From the human T2T-CHM13v2.0 reference genome, Homo sapiens, in the NCBI RefSeq assembly GCF_009914755.1, contig NC_060935.1: DNA of 64,000 nucleotides; one strand, written 5' to 3'. Both the position numbers and the translations under genes were made by a program. This document shows, in pieces, positions 32,570 to 46,514 of the stretch (positions within the stretch are counted from its first letter, which is position 1; each line of letters begins with the position of its first letter). The notes under the pieces are model-generated. The model saw nothing but the letters and a program-made list of their open reading frames with translations. It searched no databases and was not told the DNA's origin.

Positions 32570-34265
32570 TTCCTTTTTTCATTGTTATGAAACACTTAAC
32601 ATGGGTTCTATCTTTTTAACAGATTTTTAAGCATACAATAGACTATTGTTATCTATAGGCACGATGTTGTATAACAGATCTCTGGAACTTATCCTTGTAA
32701 AATAGAAATTTCATACCAGTTGACTAAAAACTCCCATTTTCCCCTCTCCCCTGTCCTTGGCAATGACAATTTTATTTTTTATTTCCATTATTTGACTATT
32801 TTAGCTACCTCATGCAAGTGGAATAATGCAGTGTTTGTCTCCTGAATTGCTCCTTTCACTTAGCATAATGTCCTCAAATGTCAGCCATATTGTCAAATAT
32901 TGCAAATTTTCCTGTTTTTTTAAGGATGAATAATATTGTCTTGCATGTATATACCACTTTTTCTTTATTAATTTGCCCATGGACATTTAAGGTTGTTTCC
33001 ATATCTTGACTATGATGAACAATGCCACAATCAACATAAAAGTATAGACATCTTTTTGAAATTCTATTTTCAATTCTTTTGCGTATATACCCAGAAGTGT
33101 GATTGCTAGATCATACGGTAGTTCTATTTTTAATTTTTAAAAGAACCTCCATGTTTTCCATAGCAGCTTACATGAGGTAAGCATGTAGGTTTTCTTTCTT
33201 GCCTAATTACTCTGGCTAGGACTTCCAGTTCTGTGTTGAATAGAATTGGCAAGAATGGTCATCCCTGTTTTGTACCCGATCTTAAGGTGATATCTTGTAT
33301 TTATATTTGTTATATTTATAATTATTATATTTTCTGGTAGATTGTCCATTTATTTTTATAAATGCACTCTTATAACAGTTTTTGACTTAAAGTCTATTTT
33401 GTCTGATATAAGTATAATGACTCTTGTTCTCCTCTGTTTATCATTTGGATGAAATACCTTTTCCCATCCTTTCACTTTCAACTTACTTGAATCCTTAAAT
33501 CTAACGTGAATGGCTTGTAGACAGTGTATTATGTCTTGTTTTTTATTTATTCATTTATCTCTATAGTTTGGTTAGGGAGTTTAATCTACTTTCTCTTAAA
33601 GTAATTATTGATACTGAATAACATACTATTGCCATTTTGTTAATTGTTTCCTATTTGTTTTGTGGTTATTTTTGTCCATTTTTCCTCTCTGTCTTCCTTT
33701 ATGTATGATTAATTTTTTTCATATTGCTATGTTTTAATTACTTTCTTCTTCTTTTGTATGTTTCCTATAGGTATTTTCTTTGTGGTTACCGTGGAGCTTA
33801 CATAAAATATCTTACAATTATAATATTCTATTTTAAGCTGATAACTTCAATTGCATTCCAAGATGTTACACTTTTACTTGTCTGACTACATACTTTGTAA
33901 TTGTTGTCACAATTTATATTTTCTATCTTGTGTAACCATTGACATATTTTAAATTTACAGCTTTTTAAATGTTTTTTTCTTTTCACTTTTGTCCTAGAAA
34001 TAAAAGTGATTTATCCATCGCTGTTACCGTGTTACATTGTTCTGTATTTGGCTATATATTTACTTTTATCAGTGAGTTTTGTCTTTCATTTTCTTTCAAA
34101 TTGCTTTTTAGCATTCATTCATAGATTTTTATTTTTTTTTAATCTGCTAACTCTGCGCTGAGCCAGAGGATGGGGCTATGGTGATTGCTAACCCAATCCA
34201 CAGTCCCTCATCCCACTGGTCTCCAGGTACCTAGAGTATACTAGGTACCATCAGCACTCTATGAC
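32570..34265 (-). mobile_element. L1MA/MB remnant (3' end plus discontinuous internal pieces)
   Basis: acacttaacatg...ataggcacgatgttgtataacagatctctggaactt; tatatacccagaagtgtgattgctagatcatacggtagttctatt. Confidence 0.8.
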
Positions 34266-34390
34266 ATCCTGTTATTATTTTTGATGCCACAAATTTAAGT
34301 TCTTAGGTAGACTACTTTATCTCTTTTGTCCTCATACTATTATGTTCCCAGAATTTTTCCTCATTTTCTCAGCCATTCTTTATTGTCCTC

Positions 34391-34495
34391 TTCTGTATTA
34401 TACTATAGAATATAATATAGAATTCTATATTATACTATAGAATATAATATAAGAATTCTATATTATACTATAGAAACGTACTATATTGTACTATG
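34391..34495. repeat. AT-rich ~32-bp tandem repeat (~2.7 copies) with internal palindrome
   Basis: unit ttctatattatactatagaatataatatagaa. Confidence 0.9.
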
Positions 34496-36334
34496 TTTTT
34501 CCCTGTAGGCAGTGATAAATCGCCAGCCAAAGTCAAGTAATTTCTTAAAAAAATTAGAAGTCCTTTGGTATATACTGTTATGTTTCCTATATATATTTTT
34601 ATAAATATATAGAAAATATATATAGTTTTAGAAATTAGAAACAAATACCAGTTTTTTAAAAAAATCATTTTGAAAAATTATAAAATGGGATTATTGCTAC
34701 TCCACTTTATAGCATTGACTTTTCCTAGATCAACTCCCTATTACTCCCTATTAGCATGTTGTATTATGCAATTTATTTGTTTCACTAGCTCAGTGGAAAG
34801 TTCGTTAGTTTTCATCAAGCCATAAAATATCAGACTTTTTCTTAAAAAAAACTAGTAAATGTATATTCCATAATTACATATAAATGCTAGTAAAAGCATG
34901 TAATATATCTATAAGAAATTAACACTGTTTTCAATATTTATTTGCAATTCTTATTTCTACAAAATATATTAATCCTTTCAGAGGCATTGCAATAAAAAGC
35001 AAGGTCTCCAGTTGTACAGTGCCCATCTGACTTCCTATATGAGAGACTCCATTTCTTTAGGTCTCAGTCCCAGGATCAAGGCTGGGACTAGTCTGTGTCT
35101 TGAATTCAAGTTAGTAGCCATAAATGTGGAAATATGGATGTGCTATCAGTGCAATTCCATTTTCACATCTGAGTTTATAGGCTATTATAATGAGAAAACA
35201 AATAAAGTGAACAATGTTTTTCTGTTGTTGTTGTTAGAAGCAGCAGAGTAATTAAAAAGACGGTGTGAAATATTGCAGTGTTACTTTCCAGGGAATTGTG
35301 TGGTTTGCCAACTGAATCAATTCTTTGTTTACAAGAGTAATGGGACATATATTTACTCTATTAGGAAAACATAAAATATGAGCATGTGAGGTCCTGGAGA
35401 GTTTGAGGACTTTTCAGGGATTGAGCCATATCTCATCCCACCCAGACTGGTACAACTTGGTGTTTCTAATTAGAAAATAAGCTTTAAGAGATATTTCAAA
35501 CTTACGTTTTTGTTACCTGGACGTTACAGACTCACATTACTAAAAATACCATGCAAGTTGTTTAACGTGTTTAAGCTCGTATTTTAAATGAACACATCTA
35601 AAACATTAAGTAATGTTGTCTGTGATAATAAGTTACCATCACAATCATTAACCAGGTATACTTACTTCAGGAGCTACCTGACAAGAAATTTCTGTTCATT
35701 TTTAAATTTTATTGATAAAATAAATTTATTGTTACATAACTATTTTAATAAATTTTTGATAGCTCCTCATTATATAGTATGACATCTAAACGTAAAGATT
35801 TTTGCCATCTTTTCAATACAGCTCTTAACTATCTTCTATATTCAAATGCAAGACCTTCAATTGAGTTATTTTTATTTATTCTACAAAATAGACCATTGAG
35901 TGCTTTTAGTGTGCCTTGCTGTAGCCCTTCAAAATCTGATTCTGACTGATCTTGTCGATTTTTGTTTTCAACCTCTTTTTCTCTCCATTCCCACAATATA
36001 CCTCACGAGCCCGTAGAGTTGTCTGTGTGCTCAACCTTCGTTTTTTTGAAAATTGATATTTTAAACTATTTTATTCCATCAAATGAAATTTTTTCCATTT
36101 GTTTATTAAATTCAATCACTAACTTAGACGTAGATGTAACCCATTTATTAATATTTTTCTCCATTTATTTCAGCCATCTGAATTATTTCAATTATGTGGT
36201 CTTCCTTAGCAATTTGTTTACATAGTATTATAGAAAAAAATGAAAATAATAAAAGATGACATTTTCAGATTATTTACCATATTTCAGGTCAGTTTTAAGC
36301 AACTTTGAGCGTCAATAATTTCATAAAGTGATAG

Positions 36335-36555
36335 TAGCCAGTCATCAAGATGGAAACCAACTGCCATGTTGTAAGGAAGCTTAGAGAGGAGCTCATGTGG
36401 CAAGATACAATCACCTGAGTGAATCATCTGGGAAATGGATCTTCAAGACCCCGTCAAGCCTTTAGATTCCAAAGCCTTGTTCAACATCTTGACTGCAACC
36501 TAATGAGAGACCCTGAACCGAAATCATCCAGCTAAACCATTTTAGGATTCTTAAT
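36335..36555 (+). mobile_element. MLT1 (F-like) fragment
   Basis: ctgccatgttgtaaggaagc...caacatcttgactgcaacctaatgagagaccctga. Confidence 0.65.
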
Positions 36556-36621
36556 TTAAACATTTCCAGTGTTCTTCAAACTAAAGTCTCTACCACTAGT
36601 TTCTCTTCTTATGTAATTTTC

Positions 36622-36919
<298 letters not shown>

Positions 36920-39087
36920 TAGTTACTATGCTTTATTTTCTAAGAGGAAGGTTCGACCTCTTTGCTGTCTCATTTCAAACTGTTCAGTGGTTCCTCATCA
37001 AGTTTTTGTTTCTTTTTCTTATTTTTATATTAGAGAGTACAAGTGCATATTTCTGATATACATATATTGCAAGCAGTGAAGTCTGCGCTTTTAGTGTACC
37101 CATTATTTAAGTAGTGAACACTGTACCCAATGGGTAATTTTCCAGCCCTCAAGCCCCTCCCGCCCTCCCACCTTTTGGAATCTCCAGTGTTTATTATTCC
37201 ACTCTGTATGTCACGTGTACCTGTTGTTTAGTTCCCACTTGTAAATGAGAACACGTGTTTCTGAGTTATTTCACTTAGGATAATGGCCTCAATGGCCTTC
37301 AGTTCCATCCATGTTGCTGCAAAAGACATGATTCCATTATTTTTATGGCTGGGTAGTATTCTGTAGTTTACAGATATACCACATGTTCTTTATGCAATCA
37401 TCTGTTGATGGACACTTATGCTGATGCTATGGCTCTATTACTGTGAAAAGCACTGTGATAAACAAGAGTAGATATATTTTTGGTATAATGGTTTCTTTCC
37501 ATTTTGGTATATACCTAGTAGTGGGATTGCTGGGTCAAATGGTAGTTCTATTTTCAGTTCTTTGAGAAATCTTCATACTGTTTTTCATAAAGGTTATACA
37601 AATTTACCTTCTTATCAACAATGTATAAGCATTTCCTTTTCTCCACATCCTAGCCAACATCTGTCATTTTTTGACTTTTTAATAATAGCCATTCTGACTG
37701 GTGTATGATGGTGGTTTTAATTTGCATTTATCTGGTGATTACTAATGATGGGCATTATTTATGTTTGCTGGCTGCTTGTATATCTCCTTTTGAAAAATGT
37801 CTGTTCATGTCTTTTGTCTATTTTTTAATGGGGATATTTGCTTTTTTTTCTTGGGTTGTTTGAATTCCTTGTAGATTCTGGATATTAGCCCTTGGTCAAA
37901 TGCATAGTTTACATATATTTTTTCCCATTCTGTAGGTTGTCTGTTTACTCTGATGATTGTTTCTTTTGCTGTGCAGAAGCTCTTTAACTTAATTAAGTCT
38001 AATTTGTCCACTTTTGTTTTTGTTGCATGTGATTTTGAGGACTTGGTCATAAATTCTCTGCCTAGGCCAATATCCAGAAAAATTTCTCCTAGGTTTTTCT
38101 TTAGGATTTGTATAGTTTCAGGTCTTACATTTAAGTTTTTAATTCATTTTGATTTAATTTTTATGTATGGTGAGAGATGTGGGTCCAGTTTTATTCTTTT
38201 GCATATGGCTATACATTTTTTTTCCAACACCATTTATTGAACAGGGTGTTCTGTCCCCATTGTATCTTTTCAGTCACTTTGTCAAATATCAGTTGGTTGT
38301 GGGTATGTGGCTTTATTTCTGGGTTATCTATTCTACTTCTTTGATTTATGTATCTATTCTTATAACAATATCATGCAGTTTTGGCTACTGTAGTTCTGTA
38401 GTATAATTTGAAGTCAGGTAACATGATGTCTCTAGCTTTGTACTTTTTGCTTGTAATTGCATTGGCTATTCAGGCTCTTTTTTGATTCCATATGAATTTC
38501 AGAATTGGATTTTCTAATTCTTTGAAAAATGACATTGGTAATTTGTTACACATTTCATTGAATCTGTAGATTGCTTTGGGCAGTATGGTCATTTTAATTA
38601 TATCAATTCTTCCAATCCATGAGCATCAGACGTTTTTCCATTTGTGTCACTTACAATTCCTTTCATTAGTGTCTTCTATTTCTCCTGGCAGAGGTATTTT
38701 ACTTCCTTGGTTAAAAGTACTCTTAGGTATTTCATTTTTTATAGACATTATAAATGATATTGAATTCTGGGTTTGGTTCTCAGCTAGATTGTTATTGGTA
38801 CACAGAAATGTTACTGATTTCTTGTACCTTGATTTTGTACGCTGAAACTTTACATCAAGTCTAGGCATCTTTTTGTAGGAGTATTTAGTGTTTTCTAGGT
38901 ATTGCATCATATTATCGGCAAACAGATAATTTGACTTCCTCTTTTCCAATGTGGAAGCTTTTTATTTATTTTTCTTGCCTTATTGCTCTATTTAGGACTT
39001 CCAGTTCTAAATTGAGTAGGGGTAATAAAAATGGTCATCTTTGTTTTGTTCCAGGACTTAGGGGGAATCCTTTAATCCTTTGGCACT

Positions 39088-39432
39088 TAGCGGTCCCAAA
39101 CACCTGGCTGCCAAACAGTAGTGGTCCATGGCCGATTAGGAACCCAGCCACACAGCAGGAGATGAGCAGTGGGCAAGCAAGCATTACCTCCTGAGCTCAG
39201 CCTCTTGTCAGATCAGTATTGGCATTAGATTCTCATAGGAGCGTGAACCCTGTTGTAAATTGCACATGAGAGGGATCTAGTTTGTGCACTCCTTATGAGA
39301 ATCTAACTACTGCCTGATGATCTGAGCTGGAACAGTTTTATCCCAAAACCATTCCCCACTCTCTGCACAGTCGGTAGAAAAATTGTCTTTCATGAAATCT
39401 GTCCCCAGTTCCAAAAAGGTTGGGAGTTGCTG
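39088..39432. mobile_element. MER1B (hAT-Charlie MITE)
   Basis: gcggtccc...ttaggaacc...cacagcaggag...ggcattagattctcataggagcgtgaaccct...ccaaaaaggttggg; ~345 bp. Confidence 0.88.
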
Positions 39433-41393
39433 CTTTAAACTATTCCTCACTGAAAATGATGTTGGCTAAGGGTTTGTCATATATGGCTTTTCTTATTTTG
39501 AGTTATGATCTTTGGATGGTTGTTTATTGAGGGTTTTTATTAGGAAGGAATGTTGTATGTTATCAAATGCTTTTTCCACATCTATTGAGATGATTATAAT
39601 GTTTTTACTTTTAATTCTGTTTACCTGGTGAATCACATTTATTGATTCTCATGTGTTGAAACATCCCTGCACCCCAGGAATAAAACCCACTTAATCATAG
39701 TGCATTATCTTTGTGATGTGATGCTGCATTCAGTTTGCTAGTATTTTGTTGAGGGTTTTTGCATCTCTGTTCATCAAAAATACTGTCCTGTAGTTTTCTT
39801 CTTTTTGTTGTTGTATCCTTACCTGGCTTTGGAATCAGAGTAATACTCCTTCTTAGAATGAGCTAGAGAGGATTCCTTCCTCCTTGATCTTTTTTGGAAA
39901 AGTTTCAGTGATAATGATATAGTTCTTTGCATGTCTGGAAGCATTCAGCTATAAGTCCATTTGGTCCTGGGATTTTTAGTGTCAGGAAATGTTTTATTAC
40001 TGATTCAGTTTCATTACTTGCTATTGGTCTGTTCAAGATTTCTACTTCTTCCTTGTTAAATTTTGGGAGGTTGTATGTTTTCAAGAATTTATCCATTCTT
40101 CTAGGTTTCCTAGTTCGTGTAGGTAAATATGCTCGTAGTGGTATATAATAATCTTTTGTATTTCTGTGGTATTAGTCATAATGTCACTCTTATTCTTTCT
40201 GCTTGTGCTTATTTGAATCTCTTTTTTTTCTTGGTTAATCTAGCTAGTAGTCTGTCATTTTTATCTTTTCAAAAAACCATCTTTTTATTTTATTGATTCT
40301 TAGTATTGTTTTTGGTCCCAGTTTCATTTAGTTCAGCTTTGATCTTTGTTATAATTTTTCTTCTGCTAGCTTTGGGTTTTGTTTGTTTTTCTTTTTCTAG
40401 TTCCTTAAAGTGCAAAGTAAGGTTAATTTGAGATTTTTCTATGTTTTTAAAATATATCTTCCTCTTAGCACTGCCTTTGCTGTTTCCCAGAGATTTTGGT
40501 ATGCCATGTGTTTATTTTCATTTATTTTAACAATTTTTAATTTCTACCTTGATTTCACTGTTTATTTAAAGATTATTCAGGGTAAGTTATTTAATTTCTG
40601 TGTATTTATATAGTTTTGAGAGTTAATCTTAGTATTGATTTTTTTTTATTCCGTTGTGTCCTGAGAACATGCCTGATATAATTTTGACTTTTTAAAAATT
40701 TATTGAGACTTGCCTTGTGGCCTAATATATGGGAAAATTTTAAGAATGTTTCATGTACAGATGAGAAAAACGTGTATTCTGTAGTTGCAGGGCAGGATGT
40801 TCTGTGAATGTCTGTTAGGTCTATTTATTCTGGAATACAACTTAAATCTGGGGTTCTTTTGTTAATTTTCTGCCTCAGTGATCTGTCTAGTGCTGTCAGT
40901 GCAGTATTGAAATATCCCACAATTACTGTATCGTCTTATACATCTTTTCTTAGGTCTATTAGTATTTGTTTTATGAATCTGAGTGCTCTGGTGTTGAGTG
41001 CATACACATCTAGAATTGTCACAACTTCTTGAATTGATTTCTTCATCATTATGTAATAATCTTTGTCATTTTTTACTGTAATTTTTAATTGACTTACAAT
41101 CTGTTTTATCTGATATAAGTATACCTGCTTTCTTTTGGGTTTTCTTTGCATGGCTTGTATTTTCAATTTTGTGTTTTCAGTTTTCTCTTGGATCTCATTG
41201 AGCTTTCTTATAATCCATATTTTGAATTATTTATCTGTCATTTCAGAATTTTCCTTTTGGTTAGGGTACATTGCTAGAGAGCTAGTGTGCTTTTTAGGGG
41301 TGTGGAAATACTGTTTTGTTTTGGTTTTTTTGTATTGATTCCTTCTCATCTGAAGAAGCTGTTACTTCTTATTTTTCAATTTACTCCCATTTG

Positions 41394-41707
41394 TTTTTCT
41401 TTTATTTTATGTTTGAGACAGGGTCTTGCTCTGTCACCCAGGCTGGAGTGCAGTAGCACGATCGTGGCATGACCGTGGCTCACCACAGCCTCGACCTCTT
41501 GGGCCCAAGTGACCCTCCCACCTCACCCTCCCAAGTAGCTGGGACCACAGGCATGTGCCACCACCATCATCTAATTTTTGTATTTTTTGTAGAGACAGGG
41601 TTTTGTCCTGTTGCCCAGTCTGGTCTTCAACTCCTGGGCTAAAGCAATTTGTCCTCCTCAGCCTCCCAGAGTGCTAGGATTACACATGTAAGCCACCACA
41701 CCCAGCC
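41394..41707 (-). mobile_element. AluJ
   Basis: TSD aatttactcYcatttg at 41378-41393 and 41708-41723. Confidence 0.93.
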
Positions 41708-42249
41708 AATTTACTCTCATTTGGATGGTAGTTTTTTATTTTCCTCCTTGAAGGTGACTGTAACCTATGTTGTATATGATCATTTAGCTTTGGTTCTGGG
41801 TGCTTTCAGCAGGCAAAAGCACTGTATATACTTCCTTGGTTATAGATAGCTTTTCTGTTGAGTGGTGGCTTTCTCAGATGCCGATTATAGTAGTAATGTA
41901 GTGGACATATGCTCAGGCGCGCTATCTTCTGTGGCGCTGGGAGTACAGAGGTCTCAGGAAGATTGATTATCTTGTTTCCGAGTTCTATTCCCTTCTGTTG
42001 GCAGGTTTTTAAATTTGGTTCTGCAGTTCAATCTTCTTTCCAGTAGATGGCACTTGTGAGTAAGAGCTGGCACACCCTTGGATACCCCAGTGAAGAGTGG
42101 AAGCACCTGTCCTGACAGGGGTGCTAGGGAGAGCTCGGGTGAGATGTGCTGAAATCTCTCCTGGGGCGGGGGGGGGGGGAGGTGTGAAGCAAGGCGGGGG
42201 GTGCACTAGCTCTTTGCCCTGGGCAGACAGGAAGGTGGCTTGATCCACC

Positions 42250-42630
42250 ATTGCTAAGAAGGGCTGGAGACTGTGAGTCAAATGAAAAGCATGAGAAAGA
42301 ATGTGTGCATCCTCTAGAGGCAAAGACTGGCTCCCTGGCTGACAACCAGGTAGGAAACAGGAACCTTCCAACAGCAGGGAACTGAATTTGACTAATAGCC
42401 TATATGAGGTTAGAAGCAGATTTATCCCCAGAGCTTCCAGAAAGGATTGCAGACTACTGATTCCTTGGTTTTGGCATTGTAAAATTCTGAACAGTGCACC
42501 CTTTTAATCTATGCTACATCCAGATTTTGATCTACAGAACTGTGTGATAATAAGTTTTAAGTGTTGTAATAGTGTTGTTTTAAGACACTACATGTGTGGT
42601 AATCTGTTATATTAGCAACTGGCAACTAAC
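42250..42630 (+). mobile_element. MLT1 (D/E-like) 3' fragment
   Basis: ggaagcag-like atttatccccagagcttccagaaagga...ctacagaactgtgtgataataa...tggtaatctgtta. Confidence 0.7.
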
Positions 42631-43062
42631 CCTCTAGCATCAGAAACCCTACTGATGTTTTCAGAGTACATCTTCCTTTTTCTAGCTTTCTTTGCTTTTC
42701 TTAGCTCTCTTTTCTCTGTTTGCAATTATTTCTCTCTTTTCTTTAGATGAGAAACTCATTTTTATGTTTTCCAGCAAATATGTTCTACAACCTCTTTAAC
42801 GGCAAGACTGGGTGAGTTTTTACGGGTGAGTTTTTACATCTGATGCTTTCCTAGCATGCTAGCAGCATCACTATTACTGCAAATTAGTGCAGTGGTTGAA
42901 ACAAGGGCTCTAAAGTTAAATGAATTAGAAGTTATTTCCCAGCTCTACCCTTCACTAGTTGTGTAACAAAATGTTAATTCTTAAAATAGACCTTCCCATA
43001 TTAAATTGAAATTACCTTTTACTGAATTCTATTCTAGACTAAGAATTCTGAGTGCAGGTATC

Positions 43063-43069
<7 letters not shown>

Positions 43070-43098
<29 letters not shown>

Positions 43099-43378
43099 AG
43101 ACAGGGTCTCACTCTGTCACCCAGGCTGGAGTGCAGTGGTGTGATCTCTGCTCACTGCAACCTCTGCCTCCCAGGCTGAAGCCATCCTCTCACCTCAGCC
43201 CACAAGTAGTTAGGAGTACAGGCATGAGCCACCATGCCCCAGCTACTTTTTGTATTTTCTGTAGAGACAGAGTTTTACCATGTTGCCCAAGCTGGTCTCT
43301 AACTCCTGAGTTCAAGCGATTCACCCGCCTCAGCCTTCCCAAGTGCCACATTACATGCCTGAGCCATGATGGCTTGCC
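43070..43378 (-). mobile_element. AluJ-like with 31-nt T tract, inside a MIR
   Basis: TSD aggKatcatgattt at 43056-43069 and 43380-43393. Confidence 0.9.
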
Positions 43379-43457
43379 AAGGGATCATGATTTACTCTTG
43401 TGTCTTCAGGTTTAGACATACTGCCTGGTACCTAGTAACTACTTAATATCTGTTTAC

Positions 43458-43921
43458 TGTCATGCCTCTGAGCCCAAGCTAAGCCATCATATCCCCTGTG
43501 ACATGCACCTATACATCCAGATGGCCTGAAGCAACTGAAGATCCACAAAAGAAGTGAAAATAGCGTTAACTGATGACATTCCACAATTGTGATTTGTTTC
43601 TGCCCCACCCTAACTGATCAATGTACTTTGTAATCTCCCCCACCCTTAAGAATGTTCTTTGTAATCTCCCCCACTCTTAAGAAGGTTCTTTGTAATTCTC
43701 CCCACCCTTGAGAATGTACTTGGTGAAACCCACCCCCTGCCTGCAAAACATTGCTCCTACTTCCACCGCCTATCCCAAAACTTATAAGAACTAATGATAA
43801 TCCCACCACCCTTTGCTGACTCTCTTTTCGGACTCCGCCCACCTGCACCTAGGTGAAATAAACAGCCTTGTTGCTCACACAAAGCCTGTTTGGTGGTCTC
43901 TTCACTCGGACATGCATGACA
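43458..43921 (+). mobile_element. HERV-H solo LTR (LTR7B/LTR7Y-like)
   Basis: tgtcatgcctctgagcccaagctaagccatc...aataaacagccttgttgctcacacaaagcctgtttggtggtctcttcac...tgaca; perfect 5-bp TSD TTTAC. Confidence 0.95.
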
Positions 43922-44802
43922 TTTACCAAATGAAGCTTATATGTCAATGTGCTTTACCACTTATAAAGAATATTTATGAATATTATCTTAATTGGGGGTT
44001 CCAATAAACTCATTCAGCTTTATATCAAATATCTGTATACGTGTATTTTACAGATGAGGAAACCAAGGCAAGGGGTTAAATGTCCAAGTTAATATACAAG
44101 AGAGCAGTTTTCACTCTGAAAGATTCTAGTCCAAAGTCTATGTTACATGTACTCTGTCACAACATATTCTTAGCATGGAAATTCTCCCTTGTATAGTAGA
44201 CTTCCTCATTAGCTTTAAACATCAGACCTGGATATAAGGCTTGTTGTCATTTGCATCATGGGATTTAAATTATGCACCATATAATTCTACTGGAGACATA
44301 AGAGGCATGGTGAATAACCCTACATCAGTGCTTGAGCACACCTTACACCTCCCAAATTAAAGTGGACAACTTGATTGGAATTAAGCACTGTACTCATATG
44401 GGTCTTCCTTTGTAAAATGACTGTCCAGAGAATAAAAAGATTATTTGTGAAGAACAATAATTCGTTGACTTTATACTGTCCTATCAAGTATCCTGAGAGT
44501 TGCTCACAAGTGAACCAGAATGAATAAAAGTAATTAAAGCAGTTACTGATAAGTATCAGGTCATTTCCTGTTATAAAGTTTGAATATACTCAATGAGCAA
44601 TGAGGGTGTATTTTTGCCTCTTTCTTGGGAAATACCAAGCAAACGGCAATTGGCTTATTTTATTTCAAATGTTTCTGCTGTGAACAAAGAATATTTTTGA
44701 CCTGTATTTCCTTTCAACTGTTGTGTATCTTGATCTTATCCATCCTTCGAAACCAGTACAGCTTCTTTCTCTATAACCTTCCCTAATTATAATGTGAGCA
44801 AC

Positions 44803-44871
44803 TAGGTTGAACTGTGCAAAAATGCTGACAACTGTTTTTGACTTAAAAATAATAATTTGTTTTAATTTAAT
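44803..44871. mobile_element. MADE2-like mariner MITE remnant
   Basis: taggttgaac...tgtttttgactt...aataatttg. Confidence 0.45.
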
Positions 44872-46053
44872 ATACTTGCTGTGAACACACCACCTATTAT
44901 CTTCTTTACTCTTCTGAGATTCAAGGGATTTGAAAATACTTTAGAAAGCCATTAAGTAATGATACAAAAAGCTCTAAATTAAACTACATACAGAAAGTTA
45001 CCTACATGTATGTTTGCGTGGATGTTTGTATACACATATATTTATTTATGCATAGTCTACACAATCTAGTAAAAAACTATTTTTTTAAAACGAAGGGAAA
45101 TAATATTAGTGTTAATTTAATGCTTCTTAAGTAAGTGTTTAACCCTTACTTGTTAGGGGCTTTAGCCACGTTTTTAATTTTAGCTATAATCTTTGAAAGT
45201 TATGTATCATTGCATCAACTTTAGAACCAAAACAGATTCAGAAAACTTAAATAGCTAGGTAAAATCCATACAGGTTATAATGAGTAGAGCTAATTTTTAG
45301 GTCCAATTCATCTGTACCCAGAACTCTTCCAAGTGTGATCTTCCACACGCTTTTTTTCTTCTCTCTTGTTGCCGATAAACAACATATCTTTGGAAGATGA
45401 AAGAAACACTTCAGGGAAGAAACCTAGATTTTTAAAACATGCTGGATAAAGAGTTCCCACTGCTTAGGAATGCATAATCCTGACTTTACATGAATAAAAA
45501 GATAAACTTCTATTATATTAAGCTATTGAGATTTAGAGGTCTATCTCTTCCAGCCTCTAGTGTTATCTTAAGTAAAACAACTGCTTTGCATTGTGCTCTA
45601 ATTGTTTTCAATTTGTGACCTGAGCTAGAGTGTAACATTGTGAGGAAAGAATCCTTATTTTAATGTAGGTTTCCTTGTATTGTCTTGGGGAGAGATGGAG
45701 AACCAGTTCAATCTCCTGAGCCAGTGCAAATGGTTTGATAGTGACTCCTCAGAGTGCTGGGTGGAAAAGGATTCTGAGGCTGCATCTTTCTGGCCTAGTA
45801 TATCTGTTACGTAAATTGAGGAAGTAGGACACAGTTACACAAAGATTTATTCCCTTGGTTTCCTGGAGATCCTGACAGGGTGGGGCTTAGGTATTATTAG
45901 TTCTGGTAGATTCCATAGATCTTTGCTACTTCTCAGTATGGTAGGCATTGAGAATGGCCCACCAGCGTGAGTTCTTTTGTGTAAATCATACCTAAGGAGT
46001 GGGCTTCAGATCTGTGAATAGTGGCAGAGAACTCTAACAGGTTAACACAAATG

Positions 46054-46312
46054 AGAGATTTCCAGTTTCCTGCAAAATATAAGGAGCTTGGATGTCACCA
46101 CTCTCATTCTCACAAAAATAAAAAATCTGAACAAATTGAAAGACAACAGTTCTTCTTAGATCAATTAGAGGATTGAGGTCACAAGGTAAACTGCCCCTAA
46201 ATTTAGAGAGACAGGCAAAAACAGAAAATCTTACTGTATTTGTTCAATTATTCTGTAAATCCAAAACTGCCCTAAAAATAGTCTATTAAATAAATAAATA
46301 AATAAATAAGAA
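46054..46312 (+). mobile_element. L1M 5'-end fragment directly joined to L1MC/MD 3' end and (TAAA)n tail
   Basis: aaggagcttgg...ttcttcttagatc...gaggtcacaagg; then ttctgtaaatccaaaactgccctaaaaatagtctatt. Confidence 0.6.
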
Positions 46313-46514
46313 AATAAAGATGAGGCTAAATAAGTTTCCCAGCCTTCTCCCTTATAAATGCAAGATCTATAATTCAAAACCTGTACATTTTCATTCAGGG
46401 TTGTTTATTATAAAGCAATGTTGCTCATATAGGATAAGACAAAACATGAGGTGCAATATTATCTTAATATTATTGGCACAGATGAGAGGTATACAAAGGA
46501 TAAAAGAAAGCAGA

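Larger units (their letters stand above)
37010..42250 (-). mobile_element. L1PB3/4-like element, ~4.5 kb with internal deletions, carrying MER1B and AluJ
   Basis: 3' end gtacaagtgca...gtgaagtctgcgcttttagtgtacc; ORF2 remnants [33 protein letters not shown] and MDKFLKTYNLPK. Confidence 0.9.
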
